From NCBI GenBank assembly GCA_965243555.1, contig OZ251575.1, forward strand, positions 864,463 through 928,462: a stretch of 64,000 bases of DNA, in the 5' to 3' direction. The translations under genes were made by a program, and so were the position numbers. The notes under the pieces are model-generated. The model searched no databases. It was not told where the DNA came from and saw nothing but the letters and a program-made list of their open reading frames with translations. The stretch comes from Spirochaetia bacterium. Lineage in GTDB: Bacteria; Spirochaetota; Spirochaetia; SZUA-6; Bin103. Of this stretch, positions 26,664 through 34,586 are shown piece after piece (position 1 is the stretch's first letter; each line of letters begins with the position of its first letter).

Positions 26664-28076
26664 CTAGTCGTCGTCTATGATCGTGAGTTTCGCCCGGCAC
26701 CGGCCGCAGGTCACCGGGAAACCTTTATGAGGGATGACTTCTATGAATACCGTCTCATTTTCTTCCTTTACCCGATCGCCGATAATGACTGGCCCATGAC
26801 TAAACGGCCCGCAGACTCGGTGTGGCGAACCTTCAGGAATATTGCGGCACGGCTCCATCTCATAGTGCGCGGAGAAATCAACCCAGTCGACTCCTTCCGC
26901 CACCCTCATTTGAAGATCGAAGTGCCCGTCGGTCGCCGTGCCCCCGCCCATCTTAAAGAAAATATGGAGGTCCCGGGCCGCCGTGACGGGCGAACTCAAG
27001 GTCACCTCGAAGTCGACATCAAAATACCCGTCGTCGCCTTCGAGAACGCTCTGATCGGCAGAAAGCGATATCGTCGGCTGCGCTGGCGTCTCCTCGGCCG
27101 GTGGAGGGGCTGGAACTGGGGCCGGCGGTGGCGCCGCGGCAGGAGCGGTGGTGAACGACCACACGGCGCCGCGGGTGGTCCCGGCTTCGTTCTTTGCGTC
27201 CACCCGCCAGTAGTAGACCGTTTCGGCATCCAGATCCGCCGAGGCTGAGATCCTCAAGGCCGTGAACGAGGTGTTGATCGGCGTATCCAGGTCGGTGTTC
27301 TCGGCGCCCCAGTACACGTCGTAGCTGAGCGCGCGCGGCGCGGCGGCCCAACTCAAGAGCGGACCGCCAACCGTCACGCCGGTCGCCGCGTCACTCGGCT
27401 GCGGACTGGTGGCAGCTCCGGGAGGCGTGCCGGCTGTGGGCGGCGGCGCACCGTCGCCCGGCGGCGGACTCGGAGCCGGCGGCGTCTCATCACCCGGGGC
27501 CGGACCTGGGGCGGGCGGCGTTTCATCGTCGCCCGGCGACGGACCCACGGTCGGCGGCGCGGGCCGGCCGGCGGGGATGGTCGGCGCTATGTCCTCCGGC
27601 AGGGTTTCGAGGTTGAAGTCATCCGGCAGGTCGGTCACTCGCGCTATGCACTCGTCGTTGGTGTCGACCACGCAGCTCGTGCCGTCGGCGCGGCGGCTGA
27701 GGACGTACAGCCGATTACCGCCGGGGTAGCGGATCACGATCAGATAGTACTGCGACTGCTGCGCCTGCTCGGTCCGGCCGTCCGGCACCGACAAGCCGGC
27801 CAGCAGCGACTGATTCGCGGGGTCCATGCAGGTGGCCGGCGCGGTGGCGCCGCCCATGTGCAGCTTGTCGGAGACGATCGCGCCGTGGACTCCCGCGCCG
27901 CGTTCGAGCACGCTGATCGCCAGGTCGTCGCACGAGGCCTGCCGCGCGGGCGGCTCCAGGTTCGCCGGCGGCTCCAGGTCCGGGGTGACCGCCGCCCCGC
28001 AGGCGGCCAGGATTGCAGTCAGCGCAAGCAACGCCGCCCACCGTGTCCACAACCACAATGCTTTCGTTGTCTTCAT
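26664..28076 (-). CDS. Paralog L2: secreted lipoprotein (470 aa) with an FN3-like repeat and a C-terminal Calx-beta-like domain.
   Basis: Start MKTTKALWLWTRWAALLALTAILAAC (lipobox). C-terminal motif KLTIIDDD. The N-terminal half is near-identical to L1. The C-terminal region is lower in GC. Confidence 0.6.
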   Translation of the reverse strand: MKTTKALWLWTRWAALLALTAILAACGAAVTPDLEPPANLEPPARQASCDDLAISVLERGAGVHGAIVSDKLHMGGATAPATCMDPANQSLLAGLSVPDGRTEQAQQSQYYLIVIRYPGGNRLYVLSRRADGTSCVVDTNDECIARVTDLPDDFNLETLPEDIAPTIPAGRPAPPTVGPSPGDDETPPAPGPAPGDETPPAPSPPPGDGAPPPTAGTPPGAATSPQPSDAATGVTVGGPLLSWAAAPRALSYDVYWGAENTDLDTPINTSFTALRISASADLDAETVYYWRVDAKNEAGTTRGAVWSFTTAPAAAPPPAPVPAPPPAEETPAQPTISLSADQSVLEGDDGYFDVDFEVTLSSPVTAARDLHIFFKMGGGTATDGHFDLQMRVAEGVDWVDFSAHYEMEPCRNIPEGSPHRVCGPFSHGPVIIGDRVKEENETVFIEVIPHKGFPVTCGRCRAKLTIIDDD

Positions 28077-28107
28077 CGTCAGTCTCCTCTCCGCACTAAC
28101 GGGGTTG

Positions 28108-29556
28108 TCATATCCACTGGAGCAGCTCGATGGAGGTGCCGGCCTTGATCTGCTCGGCGTTGCCCACGACCTCGAGGCGGTCCTTCGTCGTACTGGCCCA
28201 CTCGCGTTGCAGCACCAGCTTCACGGTGCGTGCCGTGGAGTCGTCACTTACGAGCAAATGGAATACGTTCGTGCCGAAGGGGGAGGGTCCTATCCGACTG
28301 TCCCAGGCAACGTCTTCGTGGATGGGGACCCAGGGAAGGAATACCTGCGACACCGTATTGGTGGTGCCCACCTTCGTCCGCACTACCACGCCCGCCATGT
28401 TATCCGGCAGCACCCTCGGAACGTTCAACTGCCCGTTGCTGCCTCCGGTCGCTTCGAAATCACGGGGAGCCCCGCTTTGCACCACCCAGGCCGCAGCCGG
28501 GCGCGCATTCGCCGCTAGCGTGCCGGCAGGAATGTCAAGCTTGGCAATCAACGGTCCGACGTGTCCGGTAGACGAAGTAGCCGCGGGCGCGTCAGTCCGC
28601 GAGAACGACACCTCCATCGTGGCGGTCAGTGTCACATCCGACCCGCTCGTCCCGCCACCGGAGTAGCGCAGCAGGTAACCGAGCTCGTTGTTGGCGTTCT
28701 TGGCAAAGTAGAACGACAGCAGACCCAGTTGGTTGAAGCTATCGTGCAGGTACACGCTGGAACCGACCGGCTCCCCGTGAAAGGGCCCACTGCTCACGTA
28801 CGTACCCAGTGCAGATACATCCGATGCCAACACTACTCCGTCGAACGTGTAGGTACGGTCCTCGTTCGTGCCGAAACCGGCCACTAGCACCGAACGATCG
28901 TCGAAGGTAACCGTCATCACCACGTGCAACTCGCCGGTCCGGTGTTCGTCCAGATCGAATGCCGGCGCCAGCGCCCTGAACGAGCCGGTTGACATGCTGT
29001 TGGTGTTATGGATGCGCATCCCGACAGCCCTCCCGGCGTGCAGAATCTGCAGCCCGGTCAGCTTCCGCACGCGCGCGTCGACCTGTGCCTGCGTCAGCCA
29101 CGGCGACGGCAGATTCGCCGCCGCGACCTTCGTCGCGTTCGACCGGCGCGCCCACGGTTCAAGGTCAATCGAGGACACCGCGAGCTCCACCGAGTAGGTG
29201 TCCGCCCGGTCCGCGGAGAACAGGAACTGCGAAGCGGCCGTCTCCGACGCGGCCGTCCGCGCCAGCATGCAGAGCGTGCTGCCCACCGAGAACACGACGG
29301 AGTTGGTTGAATCCAAGACCGTGGTCGTCGTAACTGTCACCGCCGGCTTCGCCCGCAACGCGGACAGGTCGAACCGCACGGTGCTGCCGTCCACCGTCCA
29401 TATCACCTCACGGTCCGGGTCGGCAGCCGGCACCTCCGGCGTGCCCGGAATCGCTACCACTACCGATTCCTTCCCGCTCGCAATGGTAACGGCCGTAGCC
29501 GGGAGCAGTTGCTCGTCGTACCGTAGCGCCCCCTCGAACTCGGCACGCGCTACCAT
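28108..29556 (-). CDS. Paralog B3 (482 aa): B2-like body and conserved C-terminal domain, preceded by a leader uORF.
   Basis: Its ATG lies within AAATGGTAG and overlaps the uORF stop. The N-terminus MVARAEFEGALRYDEQLL is homologous to the B2 segment SKFEAALRHNE. The body (STLCMLAR..SSIDLEPWARRSNA) is homologous to B2. The conserved C-terminus ends ..ELLQWI. Confidence 0.55.
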   Translation of the reverse strand: MVARAEFEGALRYDEQLLPATAVTIASGKESVVVAIPGTPEVPAADPDREVIWTVDGSTVRFDLSALRAKPAVTVTTTTVLDSTNSVVFSVGSTLCMLARTAASETAASQFLFSADRADTYSVELAVSSIDLEPWARRSNATKVAAANLPSPWLTQAQVDARVRKLTGLQILHAGRAVGMRIHNTNSMSTGSFRALAPAFDLDEHRTGELHVVMTVTFDDRSVLVAGFGTNEDRTYTFDGVVLASDVSALGTYVSSGPFHGEPVGSSVYLHDSFNQLGLLSFYFAKNANNELGYLLRYSGGGTSGSDVTLTATMEVSFSRTDAPAATSSTGHVGPLIAKLDIPAGTLAANARPAAAWVVQSGAPRDFEATGGSNGQLNVPRVLPDNMAGVVVRTKVGTTNTVSQVFLPWVPIHEDVAWDSRIGPSPFGTNVFHLLVSDDSTARTVKLVLQREWASTTKDRLEVVGNAEQIKAGTSIELLQWI

Positions 29557-29663
29557 TTGGCACCCGCCTCAATCCGCTCCCGCACCGGCGGCGGCGCTAT
29601 CAGCCGGCCGCGGCGGGGGCTGGGGCCCGATGGCCGTTTCGGCCCCGTAGTAGGTCGCAACAT
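29550..29663 (-). CDS. Leader uORF (37 codons, MLRPTTGPKRPSGPSPRRGRLIAPPPVRERIEAGAKW) upstream of B3, translationally coupled to it.
   Basis: AGGAGG lies 8 nt before the ATG. Its stop TAG overlaps the B3 start (ATGGTAG). It is the same leader as B2, with a ~75-nt insertion. Confidence 0.35.
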   Translation of the reverse strand: MLRPTTGPKRPSGPSPRRGRLIAPPPVRERIEAGAKW

Positions 29664-29677
29664 CAGGTCCGCCTCCT
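29628..29677. repeat. Conserved leader-module core (type II) at the 5' end of the B3 uORF.
   Basis: Matches 23178..23224. Confidence 0.7.
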
Positions 29678-29767
29678 GCATCCGTGCCCGGTCGTCGGAC
29701 AGTGCGAGCTCCAGGATTGGGTGTATCCATGCGCGTGTCAACCCGGCAAGCCCGGCCGGCCGGCGGG

Positions 29768-31315
29768 TCAGGCGTCGTCGGCCTCGAAGGCGGTCAGGGT
29801 GCGCGTCTTGCGGCTGAACTCCACGCCGATCAGGTGGATGGACTTACCGCGGCCCAGGTACTTGGCGGCGTAGCCGCGCTCCCGCAGCTGCGCCAGCGCT
29901 GCCCCCTCCCCCGCCTGTTCCACCACCTTGAACTCGAACAGGTAGACGTGGCCGCCGGTCCGCACCGCCATGTCCAGCCGCCCAACCGCGCTCGACTCCT
30001 CCACCACAATGTCATAGCCCAACGCCGCGAAGTAGGAGTAGAACACGCTGGCGTAGTAGCCCTCGTAGCGCGCGATGTCGTTGTTGACGTGCCACTCATA
30101 CGGGATGCTCGCAAAGAACGCTTGGAAAAGCTCCCGCAGACCGGCGCAGTCGGCCGCTTTCAGCAGGCGCGCCAGGCGGATTCTGTCCGCCGTCTGCGCC
30201 CGGGCGCCCGGCGCCAGGCGGCGCAACAGCACGCGGTTCAGGCTCTGCCGTACTTCCCGGTTCGGATAGCCCAGCCGGTACACCTGCTCCCCGTCCAGGT
30301 CCTCCTCGTCCGTGATCGTCAGATAGCCGGTCTGGAACAGCAGCGCCTCGGTGCCTATCTCCTCCACGTCGAACGCCGACAGCAGCTCACGAGTGCCGAC
30401 CATGTCCTCCAGCGAAACGGTGGAGACCTGCCGCTCGAACAGCGTGTCGACCAGGAACTTCGGCGAGCCGGTCTCGAACCAGTAGGCATCGAACTCGCGG
30501 CTGTCGAACAGCAGCAGCAGGTCAAACGGGTTGTACACCTTCTCATCGCCGCGCCAGCAATAGCCGTTGTACCACTCGCGGATGCGCTCGCGGTCCAGCC
30601 CGGCCAGCTCCGGGGCGAACACCGTGTCCAAGTCTTCCTCGGTGTAGCCACAGATCGCGGAGTAGCGCTGGTCCAGCGTGATGTCGGTGAGGTTATTGAG
30701 CTGCGAGAACAGGTTCACCTTGGAGAACTTGCTTACGCCGGTCAGCAACGCAAACCGTATGCGCGCGTCGCTCGCCTTGATCACCCCGTACACGTTGCGC
30801 AGAATGTCGCGGTTGGCGCTCGCCACGGCCGGCGTGCCCAGCATGTCCAGGATCGGCTTGTCGTATTCGTCCACCAGCACAACCACCCGCCGCCCGCTCC
30901 GTTGGTGCAGCACTTCCAGCAGGTGCGCGAAGCGGCCCGGCACCGTAAGAGCGTCCGTCTCCACCCCGTGGCGCCGTTCCTCGGCCGCGAGCAGGTCCAC
31001 GAGGCTGTCCTCCAACAGGTTCGGCTGCCGGTAGTCGCCGCCGGCAAAGTCCAGCCGCACCACCGGATTGGGCTCGCCCCAGGTCCAACCGGCATGGACG
31101 CGGAGCCCCTCGAACAGCTTCTCGCTGCCTTCGAACAGCTCCTTCATGGTGTCGACGAGTAAGCTCTTCCCGAACCGCCGCGGCCGCGACAGGAAGTAGC
31201 GCGTCCCTTCGGCGACCAGACGTTCGATGAAGGCGGTCTTGTCGACGTAGTAGCAGTTCTCCTCCCGCAGCACGCGGAAACTCTGGATGCCGATCGGCAA
31301 CCGGCGCTTGACCAT
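29768..31315 (-). CDS. Paralog A2: AAA-ATPase-like plus PD-(D/E)XK protein (515 aa).
   Basis: MVKRRLPIGIQSF...YFLSRPRRFGKS. The C-terminal 150 aa are almost identical to A3. Confidence 0.7.
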   Translation of the reverse strand: MVKRRLPIGIQSFRVLREENCYYVDKTAFIERLVAEGTRYFLSRPRRFGKSLLVDTMKELFEGSEKLFEGLRVHAGWTWGEPNPVVRLDFAGGDYRQPNLLEDSLVDLLAAEERRHGVETDALTVPGRFAHLLEVLHQRSGRRVVVLVDEYDKPILDMLGTPAVASANRDILRNVYGVIKASDARIRFALLTGVSKFSKVNLFSQLNNLTDITLDQRYSAICGYTEEDLDTVFAPELAGLDRERIREWYNGYCWRGDEKVYNPFDLLLLFDSREFDAYWFETGSPKFLVDTLFERQVSTVSLEDMVGTRELLSAFDVEEIGTEALLFQTGYLTITDEEDLDGEQVYRLGYPNREVRQSLNRVLLRRLAPGARAQTADRIRLARLLKAADCAGLRELFQAFFASIPYEWHVNNDIARYEGYYASVFYSYFAALGYDIVVEESSAVGRLDMAVRTGGHVYLFEFKVVEQAGEGAALAQLRERGYAAKYLGRGKSIHLIGVEFSRKTRTLTAFEADDA

Positions 31316-31339
31316 CAGCCCATCACACCATCGAACAGG

Positions 31340-32884
31340 TCAGGCGTCCGCCGCCTCGAAGGCGGTCAGGGTGCGCGTCTCGCGGCTGAACTCCACGCCA
31401 ATCAGGTGGATGGACTTACCGCGGCCCCGGTACTTGGCGGCGTAGCCGCGCTCCCGCAGCTGCGCCAGCGCCGCCCCCTCCCCCGCCTGCTCCACCACCT
31501 TGAACTCAAACAGGTAGACGTGGCCGCCGGTGCGCACCGCCATGTCCAGCCGCCCAACCGCGCTCGACTCCTCCACCACAATGTCATAGCCCAGCGCCGC
31601 GAAGTAGGAATAGAACACGCTGGCGTAGTACCCCTCATAACGGGCTATGTCGTTGTTGGTATGCCACTCATACGGGATGCTCGCAAAGAACGCTTGGAAA
31701 AGCTCCTGCAGGCCGGCGCAGTCGGCCGCTTCGAGCAGGCGCTCCAGGTGCGTGCTGTTGGCCATCTGCCGCGCATCGTCCCGCACCAGATGGAGCAGCA
31801 GATGCTCATTCAGGCTCTGCCGCACCTCCCGGTTCGGATAGCCCAGCCGGTACACCGTTCTCCGGCCGCGCTTCACTTCCGTGATCGTCAGGTAGCCGGT
31901 CTGGAACAGCAGCGCCTCGGTGCTTACGTGATCCACGTCGAACGCCGACAGCAGGCGCTCGGTGCCCACCATCTGCTCCAACGATACGGAGGAGACCCGC
32001 CGCTTGAACAGCGTCTCCACCAGAAACGCCGGCGAGCCGGTCTCGAACCAGTGGGCGTCGAACGTGCGGCGGCGCAGCAGCAGTAGCACGTCGAACGGGT
32101 TGTAGACCTTCTCCTGGCCCAGCCAGCTATAGCCGTTGTACCAGGCGCGCACCTCCTCCCGGTCCAGTCCTCCGAGCTCCGGCGCGAACACGGTGTCCAA
32201 GTCGCCTTCCGTGTAGCCGCAGATCGACGAGTAGGCCGGCTCCAGCGTGATGTCGATAAGGTTATTGAGCTGCGAGAACAGGCTCATCTTGGAGAACTTG
32301 CTCACCCCGGTCAGAAACGTGAACCGTACGTGCGCGTCGGAGTCCTTGATCACGCCGTACACGCCGCGCAGGAAGCCGCGGTTGGCGCGGGCCACCGGCG
32401 GCGTCTCCAGCGCATCCAGGATCGGTTTGTCGTATTCGTCCACCAGCACCACGACCCGCCGGCCGGTCCGTTCATGCAGGGCTTCCAGCAGGTGCGCGAA
32501 GCGGCCCGGAACCGTGCGGGAGTGCGCATCCACCCCGTGGCGCCGTTCCATCGCCTCGATCTGCTCCAGGACGTTGTCCGCCACCAAGTACGGCTCGGTG
32601 AAGCTGCCGCCGGCGAAACTCAGCCGCACCACCGGATTGGGCTCGCCCCAGGTCCAGCCGGGGTGGATGCGGAGCCCCTTGAACAGCTTCTCGTTGCCCT
32701 CGAACAGCTCCTTCAGCGTATCCAGGAACAGGCTCTTGCCGAACCGCCGCGGCCGCGACAGGAAGTAGTGCGTACCTTCGTCGACCAAGCGTTCAATGAA
32801 GGCCGTCTTGTCGACGTAGTAGCAGTTCCGCTCCCGGATCCTGCGGAAGCTCTGGATGCCGATCGGCAACCGGCGCTTGACCAT
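31340..32884 (-). CDS. Paralog A3: AAA-ATPase-like plus PD-(D/E)XK protein (514 aa).
   Basis: Same family as A2. The first ~40 nt of the CDS and the ~25 nt upstream are identical to A2. Confidence 0.7.
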   Translation of the reverse strand: MVKRRLPIGIQSFRRIRERNCYYVDKTAFIERLVDEGTHYFLSRPRRFGKSLFLDTLKELFEGNEKLFKGLRIHPGWTWGEPNPVVRLSFAGGSFTEPYLVADNVLEQIEAMERRHGVDAHSRTVPGRFAHLLEALHERTGRRVVVLVDEYDKPILDALETPPVARANRGFLRGVYGVIKDSDAHVRFTFLTGVSKFSKMSLFSQLNNLIDITLEPAYSSICGYTEGDLDTVFAPELGGLDREEVRAWYNGYSWLGQEKVYNPFDVLLLLRRRTFDAHWFETGSPAFLVETLFKRRVSSVSLEQMVGTERLLSAFDVDHVSTEALLFQTGYLTITEVKRGRRTVYRLGYPNREVRQSLNEHLLLHLVRDDARQMANSTHLERLLEAADCAGLQELFQAFFASIPYEWHTNNDIARYEGYYASVFYSYFAALGYDIVVEESSAVGRLDMAVRTGGHVYLFEFKVVEQAGEGAALAQLRERGYAAKYRGRGKSIHLIGVEFSRETRTLTAFEAADA

Positions 32885-32921
32885 CAGCCCATCATACCAC
32901 GGAGGGCCGGCCAGTAGTCCA

Positions 32922-33191
32922 TTATTCGTTGAGGCGCGTCAGGGCCCAGATCAGCGCGAGCGCGCCGAATCCGGCGGCGAACAGGTTGACGCCGTTGAAG
33001 TGCGCCAGCCGTTCGATCACCCCGGCGAGCAACTGATCCGCCACGCCGCCGAGCACGGCGCCGATCAGGCCGACGACGAGCGCGCCCCAGAAGTCGCCGA
33101 GGACGCGCCGCCGCAGGATGAAGCGCCAGAAGATGGCGGCCGCCAGCCCGACGGTTACGTAGGTCAGGCCAACGTCGACGTACCGGAACAC
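32922..33191 (-). CDS. GlsB/YeaQ/YmgE-family stress-response membrane protein (89 aa).
   Basis: Two hydrophobic segments with the G..G...G spacing typical of the transglycosylase-associated YeaQ/YmgE family. Confidence 0.65.
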   Translation of the reverse strand: MFRYVDVGLTYVTVGLAAAIFWRFILRRRVLGDFWGALVVGLIGAVLGGVADQLLAGVIERLAHFNGVNLFAAGFGALALIWALTRLNE

Positions 33192-33201
33192 GCGGGATCG
33201 G

Positions 33202-33873
33202 CTACGGGAGCGTCAGGAAGATCGAGCCAAGGTAGAGCGGTTCGCTATACCGTTCCCGGCCGTCGCCGCCGCGGCCGTAGGAAAGCACGTAGAGTTGCAA
33301 GTAGAACGGCTCCCCGGCGCAGTCGTTCGCGAGTTGCGGCAGCGCCGCCACGTCGGCGTCACCGGCCTGAAACTGATCGCAGGTGAACCGCTCGTACCTG
33401 CCGTCGGTTTGCTCCACGCCGCGCCGTAGCGAGACGGCGCGCTCGCCGCCCGTGGCCACCGGGTCGCCGCCGCCGCTAACCGGAGAAAAGTCCAGGGTGA
33501 TCGTCCCGTGACGTCCGGTGTTCGGTACTTTGATCAGCGGCCGGTCGGCCTGGTCGACCGGGTGCCGCCTGTCCTCGTCGGCCAGCCGCACGAAGCGCCG
33601 GCGCACGGCGGCGAGGCTGCCGAGGTTGCGGTCGGTAAAGGCGCCGGGCGCCGAGAAGCGGTAGTACACCTCGTAGCCGAAGCTCACCACGTCCCCGCCG
33701 ATGGGGCCGGCGGGCTGCGAGAAGGTGAACCGGTGGAGGATGGTACTGGCCGACGGAGCGGTCGGCCGCGGCAGCGGCGCCTGGGGGTTGGCGGGCAGGC
33801 CGCAGCCGCCGACGGCGCCGGTCAGGGCCGCCGCGAGCAGCACGCCGCCGAACCGCCTCCGGAAGTGCCCCAA
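33202..33873 (-). CDS. Putative lipoprotein (~223 aa).
   Basis: A TTG start gives MGHFRRRFGGVLLAAALTGAVGGC (signal peptide and lipobox). The upstream part of the track ORF 33202..34617 is Arg-rich shadow and is discarded. Confidence 0.45.
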   Translation of the reverse strand: MGHFRRRFGGVLLAAALTGAVGGCGLPANPQAPLPRPTAPSASTILHRFTFSQPAGPIGGDVVSFGYEVYYRFSAPGAFTDRNLGSLAAVRRRFVRLADEDRRHPVDQADRPLIKVPNTGRHGTITLDFSPVSGGGDPVATGGERAVSLRRGVEQTDGRYERFTCDQFQAGDADVAALPQLANDCAGEPFYLQLYVLSYGRGGDGRERYSEPLYLGSIFLTLP

Positions 33874-33881
33874 GAAAACCC

Positions 33882-34586
33882 CTACTCCGCCGGCAGCCGG
33901 CCCTCGGTCTCCAGGGTGATGAGGCGGTTGCGCGCCGCCGCGGCCCAGCGGCTGCCGCCGTGCTCGTCGGTCAGGCGGTCGTAGCCGGCCGCCGCCGCGG
34001 CGTGGTCGCCGCGCTGTTCGGCCAGGCGCGCAATCGAGAACAGGGCGCGCGGCGCCAGAGTGGCGCCCTCCCACTGCTCCACCAACCGCTGCAGGTACTC
34101 GGCCGCGGCCTCCGGCTGCCCCGCCTCCTCCTGCGCCACCGCGGCGTTGTAGATGCTCAGCGGCGCCAGATAGCTCTCCGGCCAGCGCGCCGCGACTTCT
34201 TCCCAGTCGGCCGCCGCGGCGTCCCACTCCCGCAACTCGAACTGGTATTGGGCGCGCACGTACAGCGCCCGCTGCGCCGCGTAGCGCCGCGGGAACTGCC
34301 GCAGGATCTGTTCCACGTCGCCGAGCAGGGCGTCGCCGAGGTTGCTCTTGCGGGTGCCCTCCGGCTCCGCCTGCCAGGTCTCGAACTGCTCCTGCAGGCG
34401 CTCGGCGCGCAACGCCGAGCTCGCCGCCACGCTGCGCTCCCGCTCCGCCCACGCCAGCCAGATGATCAGCGCCGCCAGCACCGCGCCGGCAACCACCAGC
34501 AACGGCACCCGGTAGCGCTCGACGACCGCCGAGATTACGGCCGCGGCGCCCGCCGTCCCGCTCGGGGCATTCGCTGCGCGGCTCAT
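33882..34586 (-). CDS. Membrane-anchored tetratricopeptide-like protein (234 aa).
   Basis: A single N-terminal transmembrane helix followed by TPR-like helical repeats. Its ATG overlaps the rpsA stop (TGATG). Confidence 0.55.
   Translation of the reverse strand: MSRAANAPSGTAGAAAVISAVVERYRVPLLVVAGAVLAALIIWLAWAERERSVAASSALRAERLQEQFETWQAEPEGTRKSNLGDALLGDVEQILRQFPRRYAAQRALYVRAQYQFELREWDAAAADWEEVAARWPESYLAPLSIYNAAVAQEEAGQPEAAAEYLQRLVEQWEGATLAPRALFSIARLAEQRGDHAAAAAGYDRLTDEHGGSRWAAAARNRLITLETEGRLPAE

Noticed and set aside
33202-33873. An alternative reading of this stretch as the 3' part of one 471-aa protein.
   Set aside because: The frame upstream of 33873 overlaps the TPR gene out of frame. The upstream gene ends at a TAG at 33882. 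The downstream ORF has its own signal-peptide start.
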